Shown here: in pieces, positions 37,904 to 45,892 of the stretch
Layout: every line of letters starts with the position of its first letter
Numbering within the stretch: position 1 is the stretch's first letter
From: an uncultured Chloroflexia bacterium
GTDB lineage: Bacteria; Chloroflexota; Limnocylindria; QHBO01
NCBI GenBank assembly: GCA_963753125.1
Contig: CAVWAU010000004.1
Coordinates: 327,200-391,199, forward strand
Length of the DNA stretch: 64,000 bases
Reading direction: 5' to 3'
Notes under the pieces: generated by a model
Databases searched by the model: none
Seen by the model: only the letters and a program-made list of their open reading frames with translations
What the model was told of the DNA's origin: nothing
Made by a program: the position numbers and the translations under genes

Positions 37904-38763
37904 GACGCGGGCGCGAGCTCCTGCGCCATCACCTCGATGTCGAAGCCTTCCTTGCGGATGCGCATGTCGAAGTAGAAGAGGACGATGATGAGCATGCTGA
38001 AGGGCGTGATCAGGACCGCCGCCAGCGTGGTCCCGAGCGCGGCGACCGGCCACCCGGCTGGACCCAGCATCAGCGCGACGACCTCGGTGGGGATGGTGAT
38101 GATCAGCACGCCGACCGTCGCGATGAGCGTGGAGAGGATCAGCAGTGCGAACAGCCGCCAGAAGTGCCCGCTGGTCAGGCGCCACGATCTGCTCACCGCC
38201 TTCGTCCCGCGGACGTCCTCGACGACCACCACCGGGGGCGTGAGCGACAGCCGGACGAAGGCGATGATCCCCGGGATGATCAGCAGGATGAAGCCGATGA
38301 TCGTGATGATCGAGGTCAGGATCGTGACCCACAGGATGGCCGGCAGCTTGGCGAGCGCGTACCGATACGTGCTCCCGACGCCGACGCGCTGGCCGAGGTA
38401 CGCATCGGCCGCGGCGCGAGCGATCGCCGCCACCAGGAACGGCTGGACGATCAGGAACTGCACCGCGAAGAAGACGAGGCTGACCGCGAAGAACTGGAGC
38501 GCGGCCTCGTTCGAGGGCGTCGAGCCGACCGGCGGGAGCATGACCTGGGTCAGCCAGAACTGGATGAACGTGACCGGCACGAGCACGAAGGCGACGATGC
38601 CCATGAGCGCCAGCCAGTCGCGCCGGTACAGCTTGACCGCCGCATCGATGATCTCGCCGATCCCCATCTGACGAAGCGGCAGCGGGCGCTCGGGGGAAGT
38701 TACTGGGGCGCCGCTCGAGGCGGCCTGCGCTTCGGGGGACTCCCACCGGGGCTGATCGGTCAT
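37900..38763 (-). CDS. Polytopic membrane protein (GPDPase-membrane-domain-like)
   Basis: 287 aa. IGEIIDAAVKLYRRDW..., 6-7 TM, C-terminal FYFDMRIRKEGFDIE. Confidence 0.65.
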   Translation of the reverse strand: MTDQPRWESPEAQAASSGAPVTSPERPLPLRQMGIGEIIDAAVKLYRRDWLALMGIVAFVLVPVTFIQFWLTQVMLPPVGSTPSNEAALQFFAVSLVFFAVQFLIVQPFLVAAIARAAADAYLGQRVGVGSTYRYALAKLPAILWVTILTSIITIIGFILLIIPGIIAFVRLSLTPPVVVVEDVRGTKAVSRSWRLTSGHFWRLFALLILSTLIATVGVLIITIPTEVVALMLGPAGWPVAALGTTLAAVLITPFSMLIIVLFYFDMRIRKEGFDIEVMAQELAPAS

Positions 38764-38793
38764 GTGGCGTGAATCCTAGCGCCTGTGCGTGGC

Positions 38794-39354
38794 CTAGGCG
38801 GGGGCGTACGAGACCAGCATCGGGCCCGCAGCGAACGTCCGCGTCTCGATCAGCCGCAGGCGCTGCGCATCGTCGAGCCGCGGCCAGAACGGCGTGCCAG
38901 CGCCGAGGACGACCGGATGGACGACGAGCCGATACTCGTCGACCAGCCCACGCTGGACGAACTGCCCCGCCAGGTTCGGTCCAGCGACGCCGAGGTCGCC
39001 GTCGAACTCGCGGCGGACTTCTTCCAGCACTTCGCCCACATCGCCGCTCACGAGGCGCGAGTTGTGCTCGACCGAGTCGAGGCTCGACGAGAAGACGATC
39101 TTCGGCAGCGGATTCCAGATACGCGCGAACTCGCGTTCCACATCTGTGATGGCCGGGTCGTCCTCGGCGGTCGGCCAGTGGGCGGCCATCACCTCGTAGA
39201 TCCGGCGGCCGTACAGCGTGGCGTCGAGCGATCTCATCTGGTCGTTGAACCAGCCGTGGATCTCGTCATCGACGGTCGCCCAATCGAGTGAGTGGTCCGG
39301 CGTCTCGATGAACCCATCGAGCGACACGTTGAGGAGGTAGATCAGCTTGCCCAT
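38794..39354 (-). CDS. Dihydrofolate-reductase-fold (RibD C-terminal domain) family protein
   Basis: 186 aa. KLIYLLNVSLDGFIE, LYGRRIYEVM, VAGPNLAGQF...DEYRLVVHPVVLGAG. Confidence 0.85.
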   Translation of the reverse strand: MGKLIYLLNVSLDGFIETPDHSLDWATVDDEIHGWFNDQMRSLDATLYGRRIYEVMAAHWPTAEDDPAITDVEREFARIWNPLPKIVFSSSLDSVEHNSRLVSGDVGEVLEEVRREFDGDLGVAGPNLAGQFVQRGLVDEYRLVVHPVVLGAGTPFWPRLDDAQRLRLIETRTFAAGPMLVSYAPA

Positions 39355-39490
39355 TGGCGTTCCTCACTGTGCATCGAGGGAGGGGACATCCGACTGCTCG
39401 ACGATCGCATCGGTCTGAGGATGTGGAGGAGCGAGCCTTCGGGTCAGGCGGGCAACTCAGGGCGACGTGCGAAAGTGCGGCGGAGGAGGG

Positions 39491-39567
39491 TGGTGGGCGA
39501 CACTGGACTCGAACCAGTGACCTCTTGCATGTCAAGCAAGTGCTCTAACCAGCTGAGCTAGCCGCCC
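39491..39567 (-). tRNA. tRNA-Val (anticodon GAC), CCA encoded
   Basis: Hand-folded cloverleaf: GGGCGGC-TA-GCTC-AGCTGGTTA-GAGC-A-CTTGC-TTGACAT-GCAAG-AGGTC-ACTGG-TTCGAGT-CCAGT-GTCGCCC-A-CCA. One G-U pair in the acceptor stem. 77 nt. Confidence 0.92.
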
Positions 39568-39705
39568 GCCGAAATCGCTCGATTCGTGCTCAATGCTTGC
39601 TTCAGAGCTGTAAGCCGGTGAGCCCGTCGAGCAGGTCGAGATCGTATCAGACCACATGGCCGTTCGCGAATCTGCGACCAGTCGCGAGCGGATCGACGCT
39701 GGCGC

Positions 39706-39732
39706 GCCGGCCGGCCTCAGTGGCCGGCCGGC
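39706..39732 (-). terminator. GC hairpin downstream of the alpha/beta hydrolase gene
   Basis: GCCGGCCGGCC-tcagt-GGCCGGCCGGC, a perfect 11-bp stem. Confidence 0.65.
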
Positions 39733-39758
39733 GGCACGCACATCGGGAAGGCGATCGC

Positions 39759-40640
39759 CTAGGCGAACCGCTTGACGAAGGCGAGCGCGGTCTCGGCGAC
39801 CTCGCGCCAGCCGTGGTCGATCGTGAGGGCGTGCCCTCGGTTCGGGATCTTCACGATCTCCGTCACGCCCGGGTTGACCTTCTGCCGCTTGTAGGCCGCA
39901 TTCGCGATGGCCCACGGCACCGTGTGGTCCTTCTCGCCCTCGATGATCAGCAGCGGACCGCGGTCGGGGTTCTTCGTGTTGACCTTCGCCTCGGTCCACG
40001 GGTTGAGGTTCGCGTTGCCCATCTGCGCGAGAGAGATCCCGGAGGCGGCGACATGGAACTTGTCGTAGAGCTCCATCGACTCCTCCTCGTCCAGCTCGTT
40101 CGCCCAGGCATATCTGAACTGATCGAACGTGAGCGTGATCTCGCGGCCGCGGTTGCGCGGGTTGATGAGGAAGGGACCCGCCGACCTCAGCACGGAGAGC
40201 GGCAACGGCAGAACGCCGCGGAAGACTCCGGGGTCGATCGCGACGGTGACCGCCGAGAGGCTCTGCCCCGCGAGCATCTCCGCCAGCAGGCCGCCAGTGG
40301 AGTGCCCGATGATCACCGGCTTCTTGTCCAGGCCAGTGATGACCTCCGTGGTGTGATCGGCGACCTGCTTGAGGGTCTTGTTCGCGAGGACCTCGGGCTC
40401 CGCCCTGGCGACCTCAACCGTCTCCGGATCATCAGGCCAGTCCGGCGTCAGCGCGACGTACCCGGCCTCCTCGAACAGCTTCGCCCAGTTGTCCCAGCTC
40501 GAGGGCAACAGCCACAGTCCGTGGATGAACAGCACCGGCGTCGCGGTGCTCGCATTCGCACGCTCGATCTGCTCGCGCTCGCGCTCGGAGTTGGGCTGGC
40601 CGACCGCTGGCGACTCGGTTTGCGTAGAAGAGGTATTCAT
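39759..40640 (-). CDS. Alpha/beta hydrolase
   Basis: 293 aa. VLFIHGLW, IIGHSTGG nucleophile elbow, EGEKDHTVP, NRGHAL. Confidence 0.85.
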   Translation of the reverse strand: MNTSSTQTESPAVGQPNSEREREQIERANASTATPVLFIHGLWLLPSSWDNWAKLFEEAGYVALTPDWPDDPETVEVARAEPEVLANKTLKQVADHTTEVITGLDKKPVIIGHSTGGLLAEMLAGQSLSAVTVAIDPGVFRGVLPLPLSVLRSAGPFLINPRNRGREITLTFDQFRYAWANELDEEESMELYDKFHVAASGISLAQMGNANLNPWTEAKVNTKNPDRGPLLIIEGEKDHTVPWAIANAAYKRQKVNPGVTEIVKIPNRGHALTIDHGWREVAETALAFVKRFA

Positions 40641-40664
40641 CGTCGACTCTCCTGGTGTGGTTGA

Positions 40665-41453
40665 TCAGACTGCCGTCTTCACGGCGGTGGACTGGCGAAG
40701 CCAGTCGTCGAGTCGGATCTCCCCGAGACGGGCCCCCTCCGCGGGCACGAGCGTGCGCTCGGTGACGGTGATCCCGAAGTAGCCGGCCTTGGGGTCGGAA
40801 ACCACCTGGCGTTGATCGTCGGCGGCCGCGAGCACGCGTCGGACGACGTCCTCGAATCGGTACTGCTCTGGGCCGCCGATCTCCACGATCCCGTTCACGG
40901 GCGTGCCGACGGCAACTCGGGCCACCCCGGCGGCGACGTCGTCGGCTGCCATCGGCTGGAACAGGATCGGTGGGACCCGCACCGTCCGGCCGTCGGTCGC
41001 GTCGTCGGCGATGGAATTGACGAACTCGAAGAACTGGGTCGCGTGGACGATCGAGTACGGGATTCCGGACCCCCGGATCAGGTCCTCCTGGGTGAGCTTC
41101 GCTCTGAAGTATCCGGCGGTCGTCGTGTCCGGATCACCGCTCTCGGCAAGGGACGCCGTGCCCACGACCGATAGGGCGACGTGGTGCCCGACGCCTGCCG
41201 CCGCCTCGGCGGCCAGCAGGTTGCGGGTCGAGGTCTTGAAGAATTCCAGGGCCGTCTGGTACTCGAAGTTCGGCGAGTTCGAGACGTCGATGACGACGGA
41301 CGTGCCGTCCATCGCCTCGGCGATCCCCTCGCCGGTGATCGAGTTGATGCCCAGCCTTGGCGAGGCCGGAATGGCCTCGTGACCCTGCTCGGTGATCTTG
41401 GCGACGACCTTGGAGCCGATGAGCCCGGTGCCACCTATGACGAGGATCCTCAT
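40665..41453 (-). CDS. NAD(P)-binding NmrA/atypical-SDR-like oxidoreductase
   Basis: MRILVIGGTGLIGSKVV Rossmann motif. 262 aa. Confidence 0.85.
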   Translation of the reverse strand: MRILVIGGTGLIGSKVVAKITEQGHEAIPASPRLGINSITGEGIAEAMDGTSVVIDVSNSPNFEYQTALEFFKTSTRNLLAAEAAAGVGHHVALSVVGTASLAESGDPDTTTAGYFRAKLTQEDLIRGSGIPYSIVHATQFFEFVNSIADDATDGRTVRVPPILFQPMAADDVAAGVARVAVGTPVNGIVEIGGPEQYRFEDVVRRVLAAADDQRQVVSDPKAGYFGITVTERTLVPAEGARLGEIRLDDWLRQSTAVKTAV

Positions 41454-41472
41454 GACTGGTCCTCCGTCGGCG

Positions 41473-42249
41473 TTACTGCTGCTGGACCTTCAGGATGCCG
41501 AATGCGGCGCCCTGCGGATCGGTGACGATGGCGAACCGGCCACCGGGCATGTCCTGCGGAGCAACCATCTCGCGGCCGCCGAGCTCGATCGCCTTCTGGA
41601 ACCGAGCGTCCACATCGTCGGCATTGAAGTAGATCAGCCAGTAGCTCGGAGTCTCCGCGGGGATCTGCGGGTCCATCTCCATCGCGCCGGCGATGGGCTG
41701 GCCGTCGTGCTCGAGCTGGGTATACACCTCGCCTTCGCCGAAGGGCTGCTCGGAATGCGTCCAGCCGAAGACAGTCTCGTAGAACGTGATTGCGCGCTCG
41801 AGCCCGCGCGCATTGAGCTCCGCCCATCCGAAGGTGTCGGGCATGCCCTCGGCGAACTGGCTCATTCCGGCGGCCTGCCAGGCCGAGATGAACGCGCCCG
41901 AAGGATCGGCGAGGACCGTCATGCGGCCCTGGTCCCCGACGTCGAACGGCGGCGCGACGACGGTGCCGCCCGCGTCCTGGACCTTCTTCGCCAGCCCGTC
42001 GACGTCATCGGTACCGATGTAGAGCGACCACGCGGTCGGGCCCTGATCCCCCTCCTGCTTCGGCCCGATGCCGGCGACGGACTTGTCGTCCAGCTTCGCC
42101 GTCGCGTACCCGCCGTACTGCGGGTCCTCCGAGACTTCGAGGTTCCAGCCGAACAGCTTCGAGTAGAAGTCTCGCGCCGCCTGCGCGTCGGTCGTTGCGA
42201 TATCGACCCAGGCGGGCTTGTTGATGAGGGCGGTTGCGACTTGCGCCAT
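41473..42249 (-). CDS. VOC-family (glyoxalase/bleomycin-resistance fold) protein, tandem domains
   Basis: ATG 42249 after GGAGGTG. Duplicated W(V/A)(D/E)...FY..(L/V)FGW blocks and ...GGRFAIVTDPQGAAFGI. Confidence 0.85.
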   Translation of the reverse strand: MAQVATALINKPAWVDIATTDAQAARDFYSKLFGWNLEVSEDPQYGGYATAKLDDKSVAGIGPKQEGDQGPTAWSLYIGTDDVDGLAKKVQDAGGTVVAPPFDVGDQGRMTVLADPSGAFISAWQAAGMSQFAEGMPDTFGWAELNARGLERAITFYETVFGWTHSEQPFGEGEVYTQLEHDGQPIAGAMEMDPQIPAETPSYWLIYFNADDVDARFQKAIELGGREMVAPQDMPGGRFAIVTDPQGAAFGILKVQQQ

Positions 42250-42315
42250 AGGGGAACACCTCCGGTGCACTGTGGGTGTTACCGACAACGATACCCAACG
42301 CGTCCTAATGCAACG

Positions 42316-43080
42316 TCAAGCGGTCTCCACGGGAAGCACCAGCTCGGTGACGAGATCCTCGGACCGCTCGACCACCCAGTCCGGTGGCAGGCGCAGAGCG
42401 GGATCGGCGCCGAACTGGAGGTACAGCGTGCGCATCGGTCCGGCGGGTTCGAGGCCGGACGCCTGCACCCAGCGCAGCAGCGCCGCCCTTGCCTCCGCAA
42501 TGCCCCCGTACGGACCCCGATGGATGACCGATGCGACCCGCGCCGCAGGCAGTCGCCGGTAGGCGATGCGGTCCGTCTCGGGCACCGGACCGCTGACCGG
42601 CACGAAGATCTCGCGCAGCGACGGGATGGCACCCGGAGGCCGATGAGCCCGGCGGCCGAGGTCGCGGACGTAGGCCTCGAGCTCGTCGAAGGCGACCGAG
42701 GCATCGGCTCCGACGCCCATGATGGCGACCGGCTCGTCGGACACCGGGCGGAGGACGACATCGGTGTCTCCGACGGTGATGTCCAGAGCAGCCAGCCGCT
42801 CCTCCGCGAGGCGTCGATCGCGCTCGAGCTCCACGCGGCGCCGGTCGAGCGCGGCACCGAGGTCGCCGCCGCGGATCAGCTCGCCGATCTCCTCGAGACC
42901 CATGTCGAGCTGCCGAAGCGCGAGGATGCGACGTAGCTCGGGCAGCTGCGCCGGGGAGTAATAGCGGTACGCGCTCCACGGGTCGACCCAGGCCGGGCGG
43001 AAGAGTCCGAGGGCGTCGTAGGCGCGCAGCTGCTTGGCGCTGACGCCGGCGAGGCGGGCGAACTGACCGATCGGGAACAT
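42316..43080 (-). CDS. MerR-family regulator with GyrI-like effector-binding domain
   Basis: ATG 43080. FPIGQFARLAGVSAKQLRAYDALGLFRPAWVDPWSAYRYY (MerR HTH), coiled-coil linker, C-terminal GyrI-like region. Confidence 0.85.
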   Translation of the reverse strand: MFPIGQFARLAGVSAKQLRAYDALGLFRPAWVDPWSAYRYYSPAQLPELRRILALRQLDMGLEEIGELIRGGDLGAALDRRRVELERDRRLAEERLAALDITVGDTDVVLRPVSDEPVAIMGVGADASVAFDELEAYVRDLGRRAHRPPGAIPSLREIFVPVSGPVPETDRIAYRRLPAARVASVIHRGPYGGIAEARAALLRWVQASGLEPAGPMRTLYLQFGADPALRLPPDWVVERSEDLVTELVLPVETA

Positions 43081-43093
43081 GTCAGGACGATAC

Positions 43094-43122
43094 CTTGACT
43101 TTCCCTTTGGGGGAAGGTCAAG
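43094..43122. promoter_or_regulatory. MerR-type palindromic operator within a 43-bp divergent intergenic region
   Basis: CTTGACTTTCCC-tttgg-GGGAAGGTCAAG (11 of 12 symmetric). TTGACT / TTGACC -35-like hexamers on each strand, each followed by a 19-nt spacer as in MerR-controlled promoters. The -10 elements are weak. Confidence 0.55.
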
Positions 43123-43123
43123 C

Positions 43124-43966
43124 ATGGGGCTCATGAACACCCATCAGGCCCGACCGATCCGGATCGCGGCCCAGCTGCATCCGCAGCACGGCGACTGGCG
43201 TGACATCCGCTCGGCCGCGGTTCGCAGCGAGGAGCTCGGCTACGACATCCTCTACACCTGGGACCACTTCAGCCCGCTGGACGGACCGCCGGACGGCAGG
43301 CACTTCGAGTGCTGGTCGATGCTGGCGGCCTGGGCGGAGGCGACCGAGCGGATCGAGCTCGGCCCGCTGGTGGCATGCAACTCGTATCGCAACCCGGACC
43401 TTCATGCCGACATCGCGCGCACCGTCGACCACATCAGCGGCGGCCGCGTGATCATGGGCCTGGGAGCCGGCTGGTTCGAGCGCGACTACCGCCGCTACGG
43501 CTACGAGTTCGGCACGCGGGCCTCGCGCATCCGAGCGCTGGAGCGGGCGACGCCGCAGATCATCGAGCGACTGGCATCACTCAACCCGCCGCCGATGCGC
43601 CGCATGCCGATCCTGATCGCCGGCGTCGGCCTGAGCTTGACGCTTCCGATCGTCGCCCGACATGCCGATGCATGGCACGCCTTCTTCCCGGACTCCATCG
43701 AGGAGGTGCAGCCGGCGGTCGCCGCGCTCATCGGCCATTGCGAGGCGATCGGCCGCGACCCGTACGAGATCGAGTGGAGCGTCGGCCTCCAGCCGGACGA
43801 CATCGAGCGGTTCCTGCGAGCGGATGCCGATGCCTACGTGGCGCTCGGCTTCACCCAGTTCACGCTCGGATTCGGCGGACCGGATTGGCGCGTCGATGAG
43901 GGGGCCCGATTCCTGGAGTGGCGCGACCGGCTGAACGCGAAGCGTCCGGCGGCCCGCGTCGCATGA
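43124..43966 (+). CDS. LLM-class (luciferase-like, probably F420-dependent) oxidoreductase
   Basis: LYTWDHF, SMLAAWAEATERIELGPLV, YRNP, GGRVIMGLGAGW, ...HADAWH. The alternative ATG 43133 would be leaderless relative to the operator promoter. Confidence 0.85.
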   Translation: MGLMNTHQARPIRIAAQLHPQHGDWRDIRSAAVRSEELGYDILYTWDHFSPLDGPPDGRHFECWSMLAAWAEATERIELGPLVACNSYRNPDLHADIARTVDHISGGRVIMGLGAGWFERDYRRYGYEFGTRASRIRALERATPQIIERLASLNPPPMRRMPILIAGVGLSLTLPIVARHADAWHAFFPDSIEEVQPAVAALIGHCEAIGRDPYEIEWSVGLQPDDIERFLRADADAYVALGFTQFTLGFGGPDWRVDEGARFLEWRDRLNAKRPAARVA

Positions 43967-44113
43967 CGAGCTGGTGCCCGGGGCAGCCTCCCGGCCCGGA
44001 TCAGCTCCACCTGTACTCCACGCTCACCAGCCCAGATGCGTTCGGGGCGCGAAGTGTGACAGAGCCGACCCGGTCAGCCGGGTGCCGAACTCGTTCGGGG
44101 AAGGATTCCTCGC

Positions 44114-44533
44114 CTAGACCGCGTCGAGGTCCTCGCCGATGTCCACCCTGGTCGTCAGCGCCCAGATGACGAGCACTGAGAGGGCGATCACGATGATCGA
44201 CCAGAACGGCTGGTACGGGATGAACGCGAAGGCCTCGATCGCCGAGATGATGGCGATGATCGTGCCGACCGCGCGCGCCCACGTCTGGCCCGACAGGACG
44301 CTGAACCCGGCGATCAGGACGACGATGCCCCAGATCAGGTGGATCCATCCCCACGTGCCGACGTCGAGGGCGAAGATGTAGTTCTCCGTCGCGACGTAGA
44401 AGTCCTGGTTGAATACGGCGACCAGGCCCATGGCGGCCTGGAAGAAGCCGATGAGGACCAGCATCATCGCCGCGAAGGCCGTGAACCCCACGGCCCAGCC
44501 GCTGACGCTGCCGCTGCTACTGCTCGAAGTCAT
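44114..44533 (-). CDS. Hypothetical 4-TM membrane protein
   Basis: ATG 44533 after GGAGGAG. WAVGFTAFAAMMLVLIGFF..., WGWIHLIWGIVVLIAG..., WARAVGTIIAIISAI..., FWSIIVIALSVLVIWAL. Confidence 0.65.
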   Translation of the reverse strand: MTSSSSSGSVSGWAVGFTAFAAMMLVLIGFFQAAMGLVAVFNQDFYVATENYIFALDVGTWGWIHLIWGIVVLIAGFSVLSGQTWARAVGTIIAIISAIEAFAFIPYQPFWSIIVIALSVLVIWALTTRVDIGEDLDAV

Positions 44534-44609
44534 TGAGTGTGTGCTCCTCCGTTCCTTCAATTCAGTCGTCGCGGGCCGTCACTCGCTCGCTCGGACAGAG
44601 GATAGGCGA

Positions 44610-44876
44610 TCAGCGCTGCCAGTCGCCCGCGTGCGGAACAGCCGAGTCGAGCACGCGCTCGATCTCGGCGCGGTACCGGAAGCCGGACGGGTGGCGAGCC
44701 AGCCAGCGCAGGTAGTCGGGATCGGTGCCGGCGAGCTCGGCGATCGTGTGGCCGGCGTGATGACCGAAGTCGAGGACGGTCGAGTCGAAGCTCGTCGCGC
44801 CGCCCGGGCCGACCGGCATGAGGCCCCCACGCAGCTCCGGGTCGTCGTCACGCCTACCGCGGTCGTCCGCCATCAT
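44610..44876 (-). CDS. Small DUF3820-like protein
   Basis: 88 aa. LDFGHHAGHTIAELAGTDPDYLRWLARHP matches the FGK(H/Y)xGxxxxE...DxxYLxWL pattern. Confidence 0.6.
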   Translation of the reverse strand: MMADDRGRRDDDPELRGGLMPVGPGGATSFDSTVLDFGHHAGHTIAELAGTDPDYLRWLARHPSGFRYRAEIERVLDSAVPHAGDWQR

Positions 44877-44957
44877 TGCCCAGCTCCGCCGATCCTTCGC
44901 TGGCCCGCCCGCCGAGCATCCTATCCCTTCGGACCGGCTTCGGAGTAGCGTTTTCGC

Positions 44958-45870
44958 ATGTCCACCGATGCCGTGACCGGCGCGACCAGCTACACCGGCC
45001 GCTTCATCGGCGAGCGGCTGGTGGCGAGCGATCGTCGGGTGATCGACCTCGACGCGCAGGGCGTGGTCGCCGCATCCGCTCGGACCGCTCGCGGTGAGCG
45101 CCGCGGTCGACTCCGACGCCACCCGGCTGGCCCGGACGCTCGATGGCGTGGACACGCTCTACAACACGTTCTGGATCCGGTTCGAGCGAGGACCGATCAC
45201 CTACCGCTGGGCCGTCGAGCGCTGCCGGGCACTCATCGAGGCCGCACGCACGGCCGGTGTCCGCAGAATCGTCCACCTCAGCGTCATCAACGCCGCCCCC
45301 GACGCACCGACGGCCTACTTCCGCGCCAAGGCCGCCGTCGAGGACCTGCTCGCCGTGTCGGGCGTCGAGCACGGAATCGTCCGACCGACGATCACGTTCG
45401 GACCCGGCGACATCCTCGTCAACAATCTCGCCTGGACGCTCCGGCGGCTGCCGGTGTTCGGGATCCCCGGCGACGGTCGGTATCGGGTCCAGCCGGTCCA
45501 CATCGACGACATCGCCGACCTGGCGGTCCGGGTTGGCTCGATGACGCAGAACGTGACCGTCGATGCCGCAGGACCCGATATCCTCGACTTCGACGAGTTC
45601 GTGACCCTGGTCCGGCGCGCCGTCGGCAGCCGGACGCGCCTGGTGCACGTGCCTGCCGGAGCGGCCCTGGCGGCGGCTCGGCTCATCGGCCTCGTCGTCC
45701 GCGACGTCGTCCTCACCCGCGACGAGATCACCGAGCTGCAGTCCGGACTGATGCTCTCTTCGGCGCCTCCAACCGGCCGGGTGCGCCTGGCCGACTGGCT
45801 GGCGGAGCACGGCGACGCGCTCGGCCGCTCATGGGCGTCCGAGCTGGACCGGCACTTCCGGCAGCGGTAG
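44958..45870 (+). pseudogene. NAD(P)H-binding epimerase/NmrA-like protein, one frame change near the 5' end
   Basis: MSTDAVTGATSYTGRFIGERLVASDRRVIDL in frame 0. From about 45045 it continues in frame 1 (...AVDSDATRLARTLDGVDTLYNTFWIRF...AYFRAKAAVEDLL...) to the stop at 45870. Confidence 0.75.
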
Positions 45871-45892
45871 CCCGAGCGCGGCCAGCGCTCGG

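Noticed and set aside
39354-39759. Integrase, attachment site or mobile element next to tRNA-Val
   Set aside because: The flanks contain no ORF resembling a recombinase, and I found no repeat of the tRNA 3' end by eye. Only a terminator hairpin is present.
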